Source: a virus
Virus record (IMG/VR): IMGVR_UViG_3300044615_000494
Reading direction: 5' to 3' (one strand)
DNA length: 64,000 bases
Shown here: in pieces, positions 10,240 to 19,888 of the stretch
How the letters are laid out: the number at the start of each line of letters is the position of its first letter
Numbering within the stretch: the stretch's first letter is position 1
Made by a program: the position numbers and the translations under genes
The notes under the pieces: generated by a model
Databases searched by the model: none
What the model was told of the DNA's origin: nothing
What the model saw: only the letters and a program-made list of their open reading frames with translations

Positions 10240-10891
10240 TCTGATATTTATCGCGTATAATATCAGCACATAATCTATGCGTATCTACACCATAATGCTT
10301 GCCGTCAGCGGCATAATCAAGTCTGTCTATACGTATAGTCCTATGATCATAGGACTTGGTTGGGCCGAAAACTAATCGTATACAGGGAATGTCAATATAC
10401 ATAGACAACAACTTGTTTAACGTGAAGTTCCTGAACAAAAACATTCCCGATTCTTGTCCTTGGGTTATGAATTCTAAATCTTTGTCAGTCTTTCTCCATG
10501 GCCCGTATGGAACTACTAATGCAGATTCGCTCATCAATGTAGAGAATCTAGACTGATCCGGATATTGCAATACTAACAATTTGGGTTTAGGATAGGTGTG
10601 TAACCAGGTCATGACGTTGTAAAACAATACGTCAAACCCGCTAGCGGGAATACCTAGATTGTAATAATCGCACTGTAGTTCTTGCGCAGTAATATAAGGG
10701 TAAGTATCAGGAAAATCAAGTCCTTCACCCTCAGTATGACTACATCCTGCAAATAGTATATAGTTATTTAAATCTATCTGGTCTACATCTTTACATCTAT
10801 GACCAAAATTATTATATTTGAATATAATCCCGTCTTTGACAAGAGCATCATTGGGTCGATCATATCCTATGAAATTCTTGTTGAATTTCAT
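10214..10891 (-). CDS. Hypothetical protein, SGNH-hydrolase-like
   Basis: FAGCSHTEG, YNLGIPASG and C-terminal DGKHY resemble SGNH blocks. Confidence 0.5.
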   Translation of the reverse strand: MKFNKNFIGYDRPNDALVKDGIIFKYNNFGHRCKDVDQIDLNNYILFAGCSHTEGEGLDFPDTYPYITAQELQCDYYNLGIPASGFDVLFYNVMTWLHTYPKPKLLVLQYPDQSRFSTLMSESALVVPYGPWRKTDKDLEFITQGQESGMFLFRNFTLNKLLSMYIDIPCIRLVFGPTKSYDHRTIRIDRLDYAADGKHYGVDTHRLCADIIRDKYQNAIINTTA

Positions 10892-11106
10892 TATAACCTC
10901 CTTACTATTCTTCCCCTAGTAAGGTCATAGGGACTGAGTTCTAGTTCTACTTTGTCCCCGTCAAGAATTCTAATTTCATGTTGGCGCATCTTACCCGAAA
11001 TATAACCTAAGATTTTTTGTCCTCCGGTTATCTCTATTCTAAACGTGGCATTGGGTAATGCGTCTACAACGACTCCCTCTATCCTAATAGTACCTTCTTT
11101 AGCCAT
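10891..11106 (-). CDS. infA: Translation initiation factor IF-1
   Basis: MAKEG.I.IEG.V..ALPNATF...ISGKMR...[20 protein letters not shown] signature. Confidence 0.96.
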   Translation of the reverse strand: MAKEGTIRIEGVVVDALPNATFRIEITGGQKILGYISGKMRQHEIRILDGDKVELELSPYDLTRGRIVRRL

Positions 11107-11121
11107 AAGCGTGTTTTGATG

Positions 11122-11676
11122 TTACTCCTCTAGATTGAAATTGAGATCCTTTAGTACTTTGATGTAAAGGTTCTCTCCGGCAGCGACTTGTTCTTTCCAA
11201 GTCACATTAGCATTCTCATCTGCCTTGTCGCTAATGTATTTCCAAATTTCGCATTCTGTGCCTGTTAGTAGACAAGCCTTAGCAATGCTATACGCTTCCA
11301 TTTCTACAATATCACATTGTATTCGTAACTTATGTGGTTCAGTCACAAACAGATCACCGCTAGCGCAGGTCTTGCCCTCACCACCTAGATCAATAAAACT
11401 CTTATGATCATTAAGATGTTCGCCGGGCTTGAGACCTACCGGCTTTAGATTGACATCATGCTGAAGTAATTTGTTAATTCTGTATATACCGTGACCTGCA
11501 GTCAATCCGCCAGCAGTACCTAGATTGATCACGCGATCTGGATTAAAACGATTTATCAATATTGTTGTATTGATAGCAGCGTTTACCTTCCCCACACCCA
11601 CACAAAATACATTTCTGTATTTCGCGAACAAGGTAGGCGCCTCTTCTCGCATAGCAAACAAAATTATATCATTCAT
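11122..11676 (-). CDS. mtnN: 5'-methylthioadenosine/S-adenosylhomocysteine nucleosidase (PNP/UDP superfamily)
   Basis: GVGKVNAA, INLGTAGG, ASGDLF, VEMEA and YISDKA motifs. Confidence 0.88.
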   Translation of the reverse strand: MNDIILFAMREEAPTLFAKYRNVFCVGVGKVNAAINTTILINRFNPDRVINLGTAGGLTAGHGIYRINKLLQHDVNLKPVGLKPGEHLNDHKSFIDLGGEGKTCASGDLFVTEPHKLRIQCDIVEMEAYSIAKACLLTGTECEIWKYISDKADENANVTWKEQVAAGENLYIKVLKDLNFNLEE

Positions 11677-12229
11677 TTATGTTAATTAGATTGACGACCT
11701 GGACGCCTAGTTGGTTGAGAAGTTTCTCACCAGGTAAAAATGTGATGTTGAGTAAAGTTACCACGACCATATCTTTATATTCGATATCTAATCCTTCGTG
11801 TAACAACTTGCATATTGCTTCTGCCGTCCCGCCTGTAGCCAATACATCATCAATTATCATTACTGTACCTGCAGGCTTTTTGATTTTAGCGATCTCTAAT
11901 GTGTCTGTGCCGTATTCAAGTTGATATTCGCGGCTGATTAGTTCCCCGGGCATCTTACCTTTTTTACGCACTACATGTAATGGAATTTGATATTTGAATG
12001 CTACAGGTGCAGCCCATAGAAAGCCTCTAGCGTCAGCGGCAAATATTGTTCTAGCACTGATACTGTCAGCCACTCTACTATACCATACAACACTATTCCA
12101 AAATAGATCAGGGTCACGACATATATCTACAGTATTAAGATAATTCACGCCTTCTTTAGGCCAATCTTTGTATACCTTCAAATTACTTTCAACGTAATTT
12201 GATAGAGTTGAGTCGCTAATCCACTTCAT
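11669..12229 (-). CDS. apt: Adenine phosphoribosyltransferase
   Basis: DARGF, VRKKGKMPG, YQLEYG and IIDDVLATGGT motifs. Confidence 0.92.
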   Translation of the reverse strand: MKWISDSTLSNYVESNLKVYKDWPKEGVNYLNTVDICRDPDLFWNSVVWYSRVADSISARTIFAADARGFLWAAPVAFKYQIPLHVVRKKGKMPGELISREYQLEYGTDTLEIAKIKKPAGTVMIIDDVLATGGTAEAICKLLHEGLDIEYKDMVVVTLLNITFLPGEKLLNQLGVQVVNLININE

Positions 12230-12819
12230 CGCTTAAGTATATCCCACATCTTTTCTTTTTCGATGAGTTCTTTTTCTAGTTCTTTATAACGCTTGCTCAG
12301 TTCTTTGAGTTCTTCCCAACGATCTTCAAGTTCTGGATTAGGTTTTAGTATAGCAAGACGTTCTTCTAATTTCTCTAATGTATCAGCAATGCTTTTGCCG
12401 TTGATCTTAACATCACCTTCAAACTCAGCATCACCTTTGACTTGTAATGTGCCTTGACGAACGTTTGATAAGTTACCCCAATTAACACCATTAGTACCGG
12501 TAGTTAGTATCTGCCCGCTATTAAGAGTATTAGGTCCTATCGTAATATTGGGTAAAGAAGTCCCGGCGGATGTCACATTATTATAAGTGTAATTATATTG
12601 TCCTGATGCTGATGCACCAATAGCACCAATAGAGAAACTATAGTCATCAGACAATGATATAGTGTCTGTCCCTATAGCACTGATAGTAAGAGCAGGTTGC
12701 GCTCCATAGCCGGTAGTATTCATGTTGTCATCGGTAAAATTTAAACTAAGTTGTGATTCTTCTTTTGATAAATCATCTAACCAACTATTCAGATCTTGTA
12801 AACTATTCTTAATAGTCAT
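12226..12819 (-). CDS. Hypothetical phage protein with low-complexity middle and C-terminal coiled coil
   Basis: ORF; C-terminal LEERLAIL.PN..LE..W.ELKEL motif; start reassigned to MTIKN. Confidence 0.7.
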   Translation of the reverse strand: MTIKNSLQDLNSWLDDLSKEESQLSLNFTDDNMNTTGYGAQPALTISAIGTDTISLSDDYSFSIGAIGASASGQYNYTYNNVTSAGTSLPNITIGPNTLNSGQILTTGTNGVNWGNLSNVRQGTLQVKGDAEFEGDVKINGKSIADTLEKLEERLAILKPNPELEDRWEELKELSKRYKELEKELIEKEKMWDILKR

Positions 12820-12820
12820 T

Positions 12821-13003
12821 TTAAGCCTTTGAAAGATATAGTTCGCCGTTGGGGCCAATCTCTAATTTAATATCATCACCTTCTTTGAGTCCCATCTGTG
12901 CGAGTATCGGGGGAGGGATAGGAATAATTAGATCACCTGATTCAGGATCTTCCTGTGTGATGACTTCGTACCTTACATTATTCTGTGGTGAATTTTTAGC
13001 CAT
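12821..13003 (-). CDS. AbrB/MazE/SpoVT-family DNA-binding protein
   Basis: DLIIPIP..IL.QMGLKEGD.I.LEI motif; sits directly behind a sigma70 promoter. Confidence 0.8.
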   Translation of the reverse strand: MAKNSPQNNVRYEVITQEDPESGDLIIPIPPPILAQMGLKEGDDIKLEIGPNGELYLSKA

Positions 13004-13008
13004 GATTT

Positions 13009-13037
13009 ATTTTACAATATAATATTTTAGTTGTCAA
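13009..13037 (-). promoter_or_regulatory. sigma70 promoter, probably leaderless (AbrB-like gene)
   Basis: TTGACA-17 nt-TAAAAT, then 5 nt to ATG, no SD. Confidence 0.65.
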
Positions 13038-13046
13038 CTACAAAGG

Positions 13047-13667
13047 TCAATCAGTAACCCAATGCGCTAAAAAAATATCTCTATCCCCTTCATACCCCAT
13101 GGTGATTTTTTTGACCCCGTGACCATAATAACCGTTATGCGCTATCAATGAATTCGATAGTGTGTCATATGTTTCTATAGGTTCTTTATCAGTTAGACCT
13201 ATATCCATGATCCCGCCGTAACTTACATCCCATTCAGGATGCATATAGAATATGCTAATCCAAAATTTGCTTGGTGCTATATTCTTAGGACGTATATGTT
13301 TATGCCATTCTACAGAAGGTTTGTTATGTGTATATGCGCGAACCATATATGGTCTAGGATTCACAAGTCCCTTTTCCTTAAATACACCTTGCGTCTTATA
13401 CATGATATTGGAGTAGCCCTCACCTATATAAGGAATATAGTCTTCGATGTTGTATCTGTAATTAAAAAATGTGCCCGGCGATACTTCATAATCTGTATTG
13501 AGACCGGTACCGCTGTTAACAGGTTCTAATTTGTCTAATATAGTAGTAGTACCGTCAGAGTTCAAAACTACAGCAGGTTTTTTATCTTTGATCAACGACT
13601 TTTTATATGTCTGAAGTTGATCAAATTCAGACTGTTCTAACAGATTGGTCTTTTGAAAGACAGTCAC
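13047..13667 (-). CDS. 2OG-Fe(II) oxygenase (prolyl-4-hydroxylase-like)
   Basis: WHKH...ISIFYM...W...YGG...HGV motif order; probable GTG start at 13667 just after the upstream stop. Confidence 0.65.
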   Translation of the reverse strand: MTVFQKTNLLEQSEFDQLQTYKKSLIKDKKPAVVLNSDGTTTILDKLEPVNSGTGLNTDYEVSPGTFFNYRYNIEDYIPYIGEGYSNIMYKTQGVFKEKGLVNPRPYMVRAYTHNKPSVEWHKHIRPKNIAPSKFWISIFYMHPEWDVSYGGIMDIGLTDKEPIETYDTLSNSLIAHNGYYGHGVKKITMGYEGDRDIFLAHWVTD

Positions 13668-13668
13668 C

Positions 13669-14256
13669 TTACCAAGCACGACAACTCCAATATCTTGCTT
13701 TCCAGCGCGGACCCGGATTGTCACAATTGTGTCGTGCGCGGAAGTTTTTACGGCGTCCTGGGTTGCTCTTTTTGATACGCATCTTCTTGTCACCAAAGTT
13801 AACTTTGACAACATTACCTTTAGGACCTTTAACATAGACTTTAGATTTCTTGACATCACCTGCCATTGGCTTGCCAAGTGGAACTTTGCGTCCCTGATAT
13901 TCGGCTTCGTCAATCTCGTCTTTCTTTTCTTCTTTTTCTTTCTTGCGTTGATAAGCAGGCTTATCATAATCTGTCTTATCTACAGGCTTGGTCTTACCGC
14001 TTTTGATACGGTTGATAGTAGGCTCATCATACTTTTTCCAATCAGTCTCTTCTAAGACCAATCCATGCTCTGCTAATAGTTCAAGGGTCTTATCATCACC
14101 CTCAATCAATATTCCATCTTCATTAATATCAACTACACCGGATTCTATCACTAGGTCTTCACCTAATTCAATGTCAAAACTATCATGTAATTCTATTGAG
14201 CCCTCTTCTTCGCTCATCTCGTTGATCAAATCAAGTATATCGCGCATGTTGTTCAT
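13669..14256 (-). CDS. Conserved phage protein; acidic N-half and basic C-terminal domain (RARHNC...ARYWSC)
   Basis: ORF with TAAATA upstream; C-terminal domain resembles a widespread myovirus domain. Confidence 0.75.
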   Translation of the reverse strand: MNNMRDILDLINEMSEEEGSIELHDSFDIELGEDLVIESGVVDINEDGILIEGDDKTLELLAEHGLVLEETDWKKYDEPTINRIKSGKTKPVDKTDYDKPAYQRKKEKEEKKDEIDEAEYQGRKVPLGKPMAGDVKKSKVYVKGPKGNVVKVNFGDKKMRIKKSNPGRRKNFRARHNCDNPGPRWKARYWSCRAW

Positions 14257-14278
14257 GGTATAATCCCTATCTATACAT

Positions 14279-14857
14279 CTATTTATTCAGGTAGGGGGCG
14301 TAAATTTTTTCAAGTTTTGATATGGTGTGCGCACCTGTATCCGGATCCTCATACTGATCTTCATGCTTGACTGCGATACCGCCCGCTCCCCTCCAAGCAT
14401 TTAAGTACTTACCATAGTCATCGACAAGCACGTTTGGGACACCGCCCACAGTAGCATATTTCGCTTTATTCTGTGTGAATATAGCATGTCCGCTACTTCC
14501 GCCGTGAAACTCGTCCAACCAATCACGCTTTGCTTTTACGCTGGCTTGACTATAGGGACCGCGCAAAGGTGCGCTGAGTACTGTATAGGGTATCTTATTC
14601 TGCACTAACCATTGTATCACTTGCATACCCCCGCTTAATGGGTCTAAATTACGGAAAAACTCATAGACTTCTTGCGGGGTGCTATGTGCTAGTTCGTTGA
14701 TTTCTTTTTCTTTATCTGCTATGGCTTTCCAATGCTCTACACCGCTACGTTTAGACCATGCACCGAAAAAGTCTGCCTGCACACCGTCCATATCTAGGTA
14801 AAGGTGTGGCATTTTATCTTTCATTTCTTCTTCTTTCAAAATTTCACTTATACGCAT
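14279..14857 (-). CDS. HAD 5'(3')-deoxyribonucleotidase-like protein
   Basis: LYLDMDGVQADF, VLSAP and VLVDD motifs; TATAAATA-N5-ATG. Confidence 0.8.
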   Translation of the reverse strand: MRISEILKEEEMKDKMPHLYLDMDGVQADFFGAWSKRSGVEHWKAIADKEKEINELAHSTPQEVYEFFRNLDPLSGGMQVIQWLVQNKIPYTVLSAPLRGPYSQASVKAKRDWLDEFHGGSSGHAIFTQNKAKYATVGGVPNVLVDDYGKYLNAWRGAGGIAVKHEDQYEDPDTGAHTISKLEKIYAPYLNK

Positions 14858-14861
14858 ATGT

Positions 14862-15146
14862 CTATTTATAGACGTTTTTAAACTTTTCGGGCCGTTTCGG
14901 ATCAGGTAAATAGTCTTTGTAAGGTATAGGACTATTGTCTTTACGTATGTGATCCCAACTCTTCATATCATCTCCGTATTTGATCATGAGATAACTCTGC
15001 GCTTCTTCCGGAACAGTATGGCTGATCAATAATAGATAATATTTCCATCGAATACGTTGTCTAAAATACTTTTTGATAGTATTGTCATTCAATATATCTT
15101 CAAATTTGTTATCTTCTCTGTAAAATAGATAATTCATTTTTTCCAC
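14862..15146 (-). CDS. Hypothetical protein
   Basis: ORF in co-directional chain. Confidence 0.65.
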   Translation of the reverse strand: MEKMNYLFYREDNKFEDILNDNTIKKYFRQRIRWKYYLLLISHTVPEEAQSYLMIKYGDDMKSWDHIRKDNSPIPYKDYLPDPKRPEKFKNVYK

Positions 15147-15337
15147 ATTATAAATTTGACGAAATCTTTCTCGTCATCGAATTGAAATTCATATCTACCA
15201 GGACTAGTGCCCGGTATGTTGATCATATCATAATGCCAATCGCGCTCACAGTTATATTGACACCATTGAACTATCTCTTTAAGAGATCCGAATTCTACAT
15301 CGACTTCTGTTTTATACGGGATTATGTTGGTGGACAT
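15134..15337 (-). CDS. Hypothetical protein
   Basis: ORF in co-directional chain. Confidence 0.65.
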   Translation of the reverse strand: MSTNIIPYKTEVDVEFGSLKEIVQWCQYNCERDWHYDMINIPGTSPGRYEFQFDDEKDFVKFIMWKK

Positions 15338-15779
15338 GTACGCCGCTCAGTTCAAGGAACTTTAAACCTGCATCACTACGATACTGATCTCTGTAGTATA
15401 CAGTATTGATGCCTGATTGATAAATCAATTTGGCACATTCGATACATGGTGCATGTGTGCAAAACAATGTAGCATCTTTACTGCTTTCTGTGCTTTGTGC
15501 CACCTTAGCAATCGCATTCGTCTCGGCGTGTAGTACTTCTGCCTTAGTTTTGAGTTGACCAGTTTTTTCTAATCTATTACCTTTTTCAAGATCGCTGACA
15601 AGAACTTCTTCTTCGTACTCACAAACATTTTCCCAACCGCTTGGCATACCGTTATAGCCAGTAGCAAGTATCTGATTGTCTTTGACGATAACCGCACCAA
15701 CATTTAATCGTTTAGCATAACTGAGGCCACTTGTGACCTCAGCAATCTTCATGTAATAATCAATAAACTTTGGTTTCAT
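15312..15779 (-). CDS. dCMP deaminase
   Basis: VGAVIV...GYNG, HAE.NAI and PC..C zinc motifs. Confidence 0.93.
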   Translation of the reverse strand: MKPKFIDYYMKIAEVTSGLSYAKRLNVGAVIVKDNQILATGYNGMPSGWENVCEYEEEVLVSDLEKGNRLEKTGQLKTKAEVLHAETNAIAKVAQSTESSKDATLFCTHAPCIECAKLIYQSGINTVYYRDQYRSDAGLKFLELSGVHVHQHNPV

Positions 15780-16108
15780 TTCTCTAATAGATCACGCTTG
15801 TTGGGCTTGTCTTTCCATTCTGCGTGATCAGGCAATGCTTCTTTCTTTTTAGTGATAACTGGCCAACCACTTTGTGAAAGTTCAGTGTTGAGTTGAACCC
15901 AAAAGGGTATGTCAGGATAGTTCTTGTCTGTATCAACTTTGATCGCATCGACCGGGCATTCTGGAATGCATACACCGCAATCGATACATTCATCGGGGTT
16001 GATAGCAAGAAAATTAGGTCCCTCATAAAAGCAGTCGACCGGGCATACGGCTACGCAATCAGTATGCTTACACTTGATACAATTTTCAACTACTACGTGT
16101 GTCATCAA
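15776..16108 (-). CDS. fdxA: 7Fe ferredoxin (FdxA type)
   Basis: [18 protein letters not shown]...[16 protein letters not shown] and C-terminal W...PNKRDLL. Confidence 0.93.
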   Translation of the reverse strand: MMTHVVVENCIKCKHTDCVAVCPVDCFYEGPNFLAINPDECIDCGVCIPECPVDAIKVDTDKNYPDIPFWVQLNTELSQSGWPVITKKKEALPDHAEWKDKPNKRDLLEK

Positions 16109-16114
16109 TAACTC

Positions 16115-16651
16115 CTAATCCCATAAATTTCTGTAATATTTACCAAATAAATCCAAACCTTCTTGTATGCGTTCTTCATGTTTACGCATACCTTCGTAAT
16201 CTGTCCAATGTTCTTTTGGATTTTTGTCTACCATTTGAAACGTTTTTTCTATCTTGCCGGTAACGGGATTGGGGAACTCTTTATCAGTCCTAACCCAATC
16301 AAATTCACTTCTACCGTGACGATACTTTTCTTCATACTCATCAAGTAGGATTTGCTCAAAACTCCATATCATTTTATCTAATACTTCGTTCCAACGTTCA
16401 ACACCTTTGTCGAAACACTCGTTATGTGTTTCTTTATAAAAGTCAAAACTTTCTTGTGCCTCATAATCGGCACCGCCTACTTCTGCAAATTCATGTGGGA
16501 TACCATGTTTACATTCTTTTAATTGAATCAACATGGGCAGTATGACATACGACAACGTATGATCCATGCTGAAAGAATCATGGCGCTCTATCTCTACCGA
16601 TATGCGCCTATCAATCGCTCTTTTGAAATACTTCCCGATGTTTACTTTCAT
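16115..16651 (-). CDS. Conserved hypothetical phage protein
   Basis: MDHTL...ILPML.QLK...HG.P, W...LDKMIWSF and terminal GL.LFGKYY..LWD. Confidence 0.75.
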   Translation of the reverse strand: MKVNIGKYFKRAIDRRISVEIERHDSFSMDHTLSYVILPMLIQLKECKHGIPHEFAEVGGADYEAQESFDFYKETHNECFDKGVERWNEVLDKMIWSFEQILLDEYEEKYRHGRSEFDWVRTDKEFPNPVTGKIEKTFQMVDKNPKEHWTDYEGMRKHEERIQEGLDLFGKYYRNLWD

Positions 16652-17037
16652 TGCAATTCTTTTAAATCATCACGTATCTTGCCCTCAACAAACCAAAATT
16701 GTTTAGATTCATGGTTGACTAGGGCAAACTTGACCTTTTCAAACTTATAGATATGTTCAGCGAGTTCTTCTATAGTCTTTGCTTGGCCCATGAATCTTCC
16801 TGTATCCTTGTTATATAATAGTATACTATTATCTGCGACCTCAGTAAAGAAATTAGGTACTTTGATAACTCTAGTCTCTAGTCCGTTTGCTTGATCAAAC
16901 ATCTCTACTATCTCTTCTAGCGTCATACCGTTTTCTTCAGCGATCTTTTTGATGGCTCGGCGAAGTTTGTAGGTCATGAAAAATTGACCGCATACCCAGC
17001 CGGACGCAAAGATAGATAGCACAAATAATAGTTCCAT
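16648..17037 (-). CDS. Hypothetical protein with N-terminal membrane anchor
   Basis: MELLFVLSIFASGWVCG hydrophobic start 5 nt after TAAATA. Confidence 0.7.
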   Translation of the reverse strand: MELLFVLSIFASGWVCGQFFMTYKLRRAIKKIAEENGMTLEEIVEMFDQANGLETRVIKVPNFFTEVADNSILLYNKDTGRFMGQAKTIEELAEHIYKFEKVKFALVNHESKQFWFVEGKIRDDLKELQ

Positions 17038-17045
17038 GCTCATAT

Positions 17046-17534
17046 TTATTTTACTAATTGATCCCAATTATCCAAGCACTCGTCGTGCTTGATCCATTCA
17101 GTATTACCCTTAGGGGTATCCTTAGTTTTGATTACAAATCCCCAATCACGTACTTGAGGTCCCATGAAGAATAGTGTAGTAGCAGATCCTACATCTGGGT
17201 CCATTTCAAGCCAATGCAATGCTTTGCTACCGCGTATGATGATGCTACCCGGTCCACGCCAGCGAATCTTCTCGCCTCGTATATATTTTCCTATATACAA
17301 CGGGGTATGCTCATAGTAACCACCCTTAAGTATGATAGTCATATAAGGCCAGGGGTGGTCATGAAAAACAGGATCGTCACTACGAACAATCTTATGTAGT
17401 GTAAGATTGAACGGAAACCAGCAACGGTCCCTCAGAAATAAATAATACCGGTGCATATAATCTGCACCGGTCCGTCGATCATGTATTAAACGATATCGAC
17501 CAAGTTTGTTGAATAGTTTATGAAAAATATTCAT
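17046..17534 (-). CDS. Cupin-fold protein
   Basis: LHKI.RSD...HDHPW..TIIL.GGY.E...H.L...TLFF.GP...WGF. Confidence 0.75.
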   Translation of the reverse strand: MNIFHKLFNKLGRYRLIHDRRTGADYMHRYYLFLRDRCWFPFNLTLHKIVRSDDPVFHDHPWPYMTIILKGGYYEHTPLYIGKYIRGEKIRWRGPGSIIIRGSKALHWLEMDPDVGSATTLFFMGPQVRDWGFVIKTKDTPKGNTEWIKHDECLDNWDQLVK

Positions 17535-17548
17535 TTATGATTTATAGT

Positions 17549-17571
17549 ATGCGGGACTTAAGGCGCCCGCA
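17549..17571 (-). other. Stem-loop motif copy 1 (TGCGGGC-GCC-TT-AAGTCCCGCAT)
   Basis: 6-bp GC stem downstream of the HTH gene; shares an 11-nt arm with the copy at 23741. Confidence 0.55.
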
Positions 17572-17588
17572 GACCTTCTAATCAATGA

Positions 17589-17855
17589 TTAGACTAGACC
17601 AGCAGCCAACGCCTTGTAGCCGGCAGCAACAACAGCACGGCTCGGAGTTCCGAGACGATACTTAGTTGAAGTGCGACCCTTAGAGTCAGTGCTTGGGTTA
17701 GCGTAAACAGCGAAGCCCAAGAAGCGCAAGTCACTAACAGTGGCAGTCGGGTTAGCGATGCCAAAACGTGCCTTGATCTGGGCAGCAGTCAACTGCTCAC
17801 CAGTACGAAGAGCCTCAAGAAGACGACCCTGCTTAGTTACATTTACATTACTCAT
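17589..17855 (-). CDS. Winged helix-turn-helix DNA-binding protein
   Basis: LLEAL..G..LT...I...FGI.NP.A.VS.LR..G..VY...YRLG pattern; own sigma70 promoter. Confidence 0.75.
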   Translation of the reverse strand: MSNVNVTKQGRLLEALRTGEQLTAAQIKARFGIANPTATVSDLRFLGFAVYANPSTDSKGRTSTKYRLGTPSRAVVAAGYKALAAGLV

Positions 17856-17902
17856 TTCAATTTCCTCTTAGTAAAAGCATTGTCTTTCAACAATGTAGAG
17901 AT

Positions 17903-17931
17903 ATTATATGATATAGCACTTCAAGTATCAA
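17903..17931 (-). promoter_or_regulatory. sigma70 promoter
   Basis: TTGATA-17 nt-TATAAT. Confidence 0.65.
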
Positions 17932-17944
17932 GTACTTTGGTTGC

Positions 17945-18235
17945 CTAGATATACTGATCTATCAATGTGCCTACCCAATATGCATATTTGTAGTCACGAT
18001 ATGCTTGCACTTGACCCAAACGATTGTAGAGATTTAGATCCTTCATCTCATCTTGCATTTTTCTACGCTCAACGAGGCGCTGTTCTTCTTGATGTTTCTC
18101 AAGTTTCAATGCCTCACGCTCTACTTCTGCACGTTGATCTTCTAAACGACGGATGCGTAACTCATCCTGTTGTCGATTATAACGCTCAGTGTATTTTAAT
18201 AGAGGTGAGGGTACGAATGGAATTGGAGTAGTCAT
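17945..18235 (-). CDS. Hypothetical coiled-coil protein
   Basis: ORF with ATGA coupling. Confidence 0.6.
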   Translation of the reverse strand: MTTPIPFVPSPLLKYTERYNRQQDELRIRRLEDQRAEVEREALKLEKHQEEQRLVERRKMQDEMKDLNLYNRLGQVQAYRDYKYAYWVGTLIDQYI

Positions 18236-19071
18236 AGTTCTATGATACTATTTACATCCCAACCACTGTCGGGTTCATAACCCTCGTATCCACGTGGATT
18301 ACAGGCCACTTTGGTAGATCCTATCATATATTCAAAAGCATGATGTGTATGCCCTTGAGTCCATAATTTGATCTGTGGATGATCAAGAATGAATTCGCTG
18401 AGGTCGCTACAGTATCCACCATTCAAGTGAAAATCATTTTTATATTGTTCGTGGATGCTAAGGTGACTTGGTCCCATATGGCCAACTACCACTACCTTAT
18501 TATAGTTTGGTAATGTTTCACGTAACCAATTCTTATGTTCTTGATGGCGCTCCATAGTATGCATGGCTCTAAGCCTACTAAATCCCAACTTATCATTGCG
18601 AATCAGTCTATGATCGTTCATCATAGACTCAACGCTATGCATAGTCAATGGGTCACCCTTGTTCAAGTCAGTCCAAAGAGTGCAACCAAGAAAGGCTATA
18701 TCATCGATGACTTTGACATCTTTCTCAAGGAAATAGATGTTTGGCCAATAACTACATTCCTCACGTAAGTAATCAAGTGTAGCATACCACTTACCATGAT
18801 AAAACTCATGGTTGCCTGCTACATAAATCACATGCGGAAAGTTCTTGCTACAGCGATCAAGAAAATTACGGAATCGATCTGCCTTTTGAGGTCGCATCTG
18901 ACCTCCCTTCCAAAGGTACTCCTGGGTTTGCAGCCAATCACCGCGAGGATGGTCGTGAAGGTCTTGTGCGATCATAATATCGCCGCTCAATATTAGTACA
19001 TCACAACCATTATTTGGAATGTCTACATCACTAAACTCAAGATGTAGATCACTCACTAATTTAATCTTCAT
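18232..19071 (-). CDS. Calcineurin-like metallophosphoesterase
   Basis: SDLH, GD, GNHE, GH and GHTH motifs; start MKIKLVSD with GAGG RBS. Confidence 0.92.
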   Translation of the reverse strand: MKIKLVSDLHLEFSDVDIPNNGCDVLILSGDIMIAQDLHDHPRGDWLQTQEYLWKGGQMRPQKADRFRNFLDRCSKNFPHVIYVAGNHEFYHGKWYATLDYLREECSYWPNIYFLEKDVKVIDDIAFLGCTLWTDLNKGDPLTMHSVESMMNDHRLIRNDKLGFSRLRAMHTMERHQEHKNWLRETLPNYNKVVVVGHMGPSHLSIHEQYKNDFHLNGGYCSDLSEFILDHPQIKLWTQGHTHHAFEYMIGSTKVACNPRGYEGYEPDSGWDVNSIIEL

Positions 19072-19669
19072 CTTCATCCTCTTCAAATTCCGGCACATTC
19101 CAATCGTAACCCTGCTCTTTAGCATGTGTTTCGCACAATGTACGGTGCCAACCTTGGGGCAGATATTTGCCCGGGTTACCACAGTCTTCACAAGTAACAG
19201 CACTCATGCTATCAGCCAACGATTCTACACCTTGACAGTATTCATCACCGCCATAGTAATAGAAACGCAACGTACCAAACTTTTCTTTGACTTGACTTGC
19301 TACAACTTGTGGGCACGCCTTAGGTACATCACGAAATTTAAGACCACGCTCAACATCTTCGTTAGTATACTTGATAGCGTATTCACGGGCTTGTAACCCC
19401 CTACCGTATGTGTGATACTTGATGAGAGGTTCAAGATCACCATTAATGGCCCTTTTGACAGCACGGTTATATCTAAGTGCGCGGGCGCGGCTTTTGCGTG
19501 ATTGGTCGATGTGCCATTGCATACTACGGCACATTTGATTGATGATGTTGAACCAACCATCACCGATATCAAATCCCCAGCACATGGCGGTAGTCCGCAT
19601 ATCGCCATGGCGATCACGGAAAATTTTTGGATATTGCTTGCACAGCAGTTCGTCAAGTTCTTTTTTCAT
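19061..19669 (-). CDS. Conserved hypothetical phage protein
   Basis: GDGWF...QVKEKFGTLRFY...TCEDCG...W.RTLC motifs. Confidence 0.8.
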   Translation of the reverse strand: MKKELDELLCKQYPKIFRDRHGDMRTTAMCWGFDIGDGWFNIINQMCRSMQWHIDQSRKSRARALRYNRAVKRAINGDLEPLIKYHTYGRGLQAREYAIKYTNEDVERGLKFRDVPKACPQVVASQVKEKFGTLRFYYYGGDEYCQGVESLADSMSAVTCEDCGNPGKYLPQGWHRTLCETHAKEQGYDWNVPEFEEDEDED

Positions 19670-19735
19670 GTTGCGTCCCCTTGTTAGCGCACTATTATTA
19701 TACTATAGTGCTAGCAGGAAAACAACATGTTTGGG

Positions 19736-19888
19736 TCATTCTTCTGAATGCTTTTTACTTAATGATTTATTCTTTAATAATCTAAATTTTGGATGAATCA
19801 AAAACAATAGCAAAAATAGACTACCGAACATTATGATGAGCGGTAGCAATACTAGTTTGATCAAAAAATTCTTTAGATAGTTAACCAC
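19736..19888 (-). CDS. Small membrane protein (50 aa; not in ORF track)
   Basis: Hand translation MVNYLKNFLIKLVLLPLIIMFGSLFLLLFLIHPK...; fills the gap. Confidence 0.5.
   Translation of the reverse strand: MVNYLKNFLIKLVLLPLIIMFGSLFLLLFLIHPKFRLLKNKSLSKKHSEE

Noticed and set aside
13668-13967. N-terminal ~100 aa of track ORF 13047..13967
   Set aside because: Overlaps the genuine 13669..14256 gene in another frame; the GTG at 13667 is the better start
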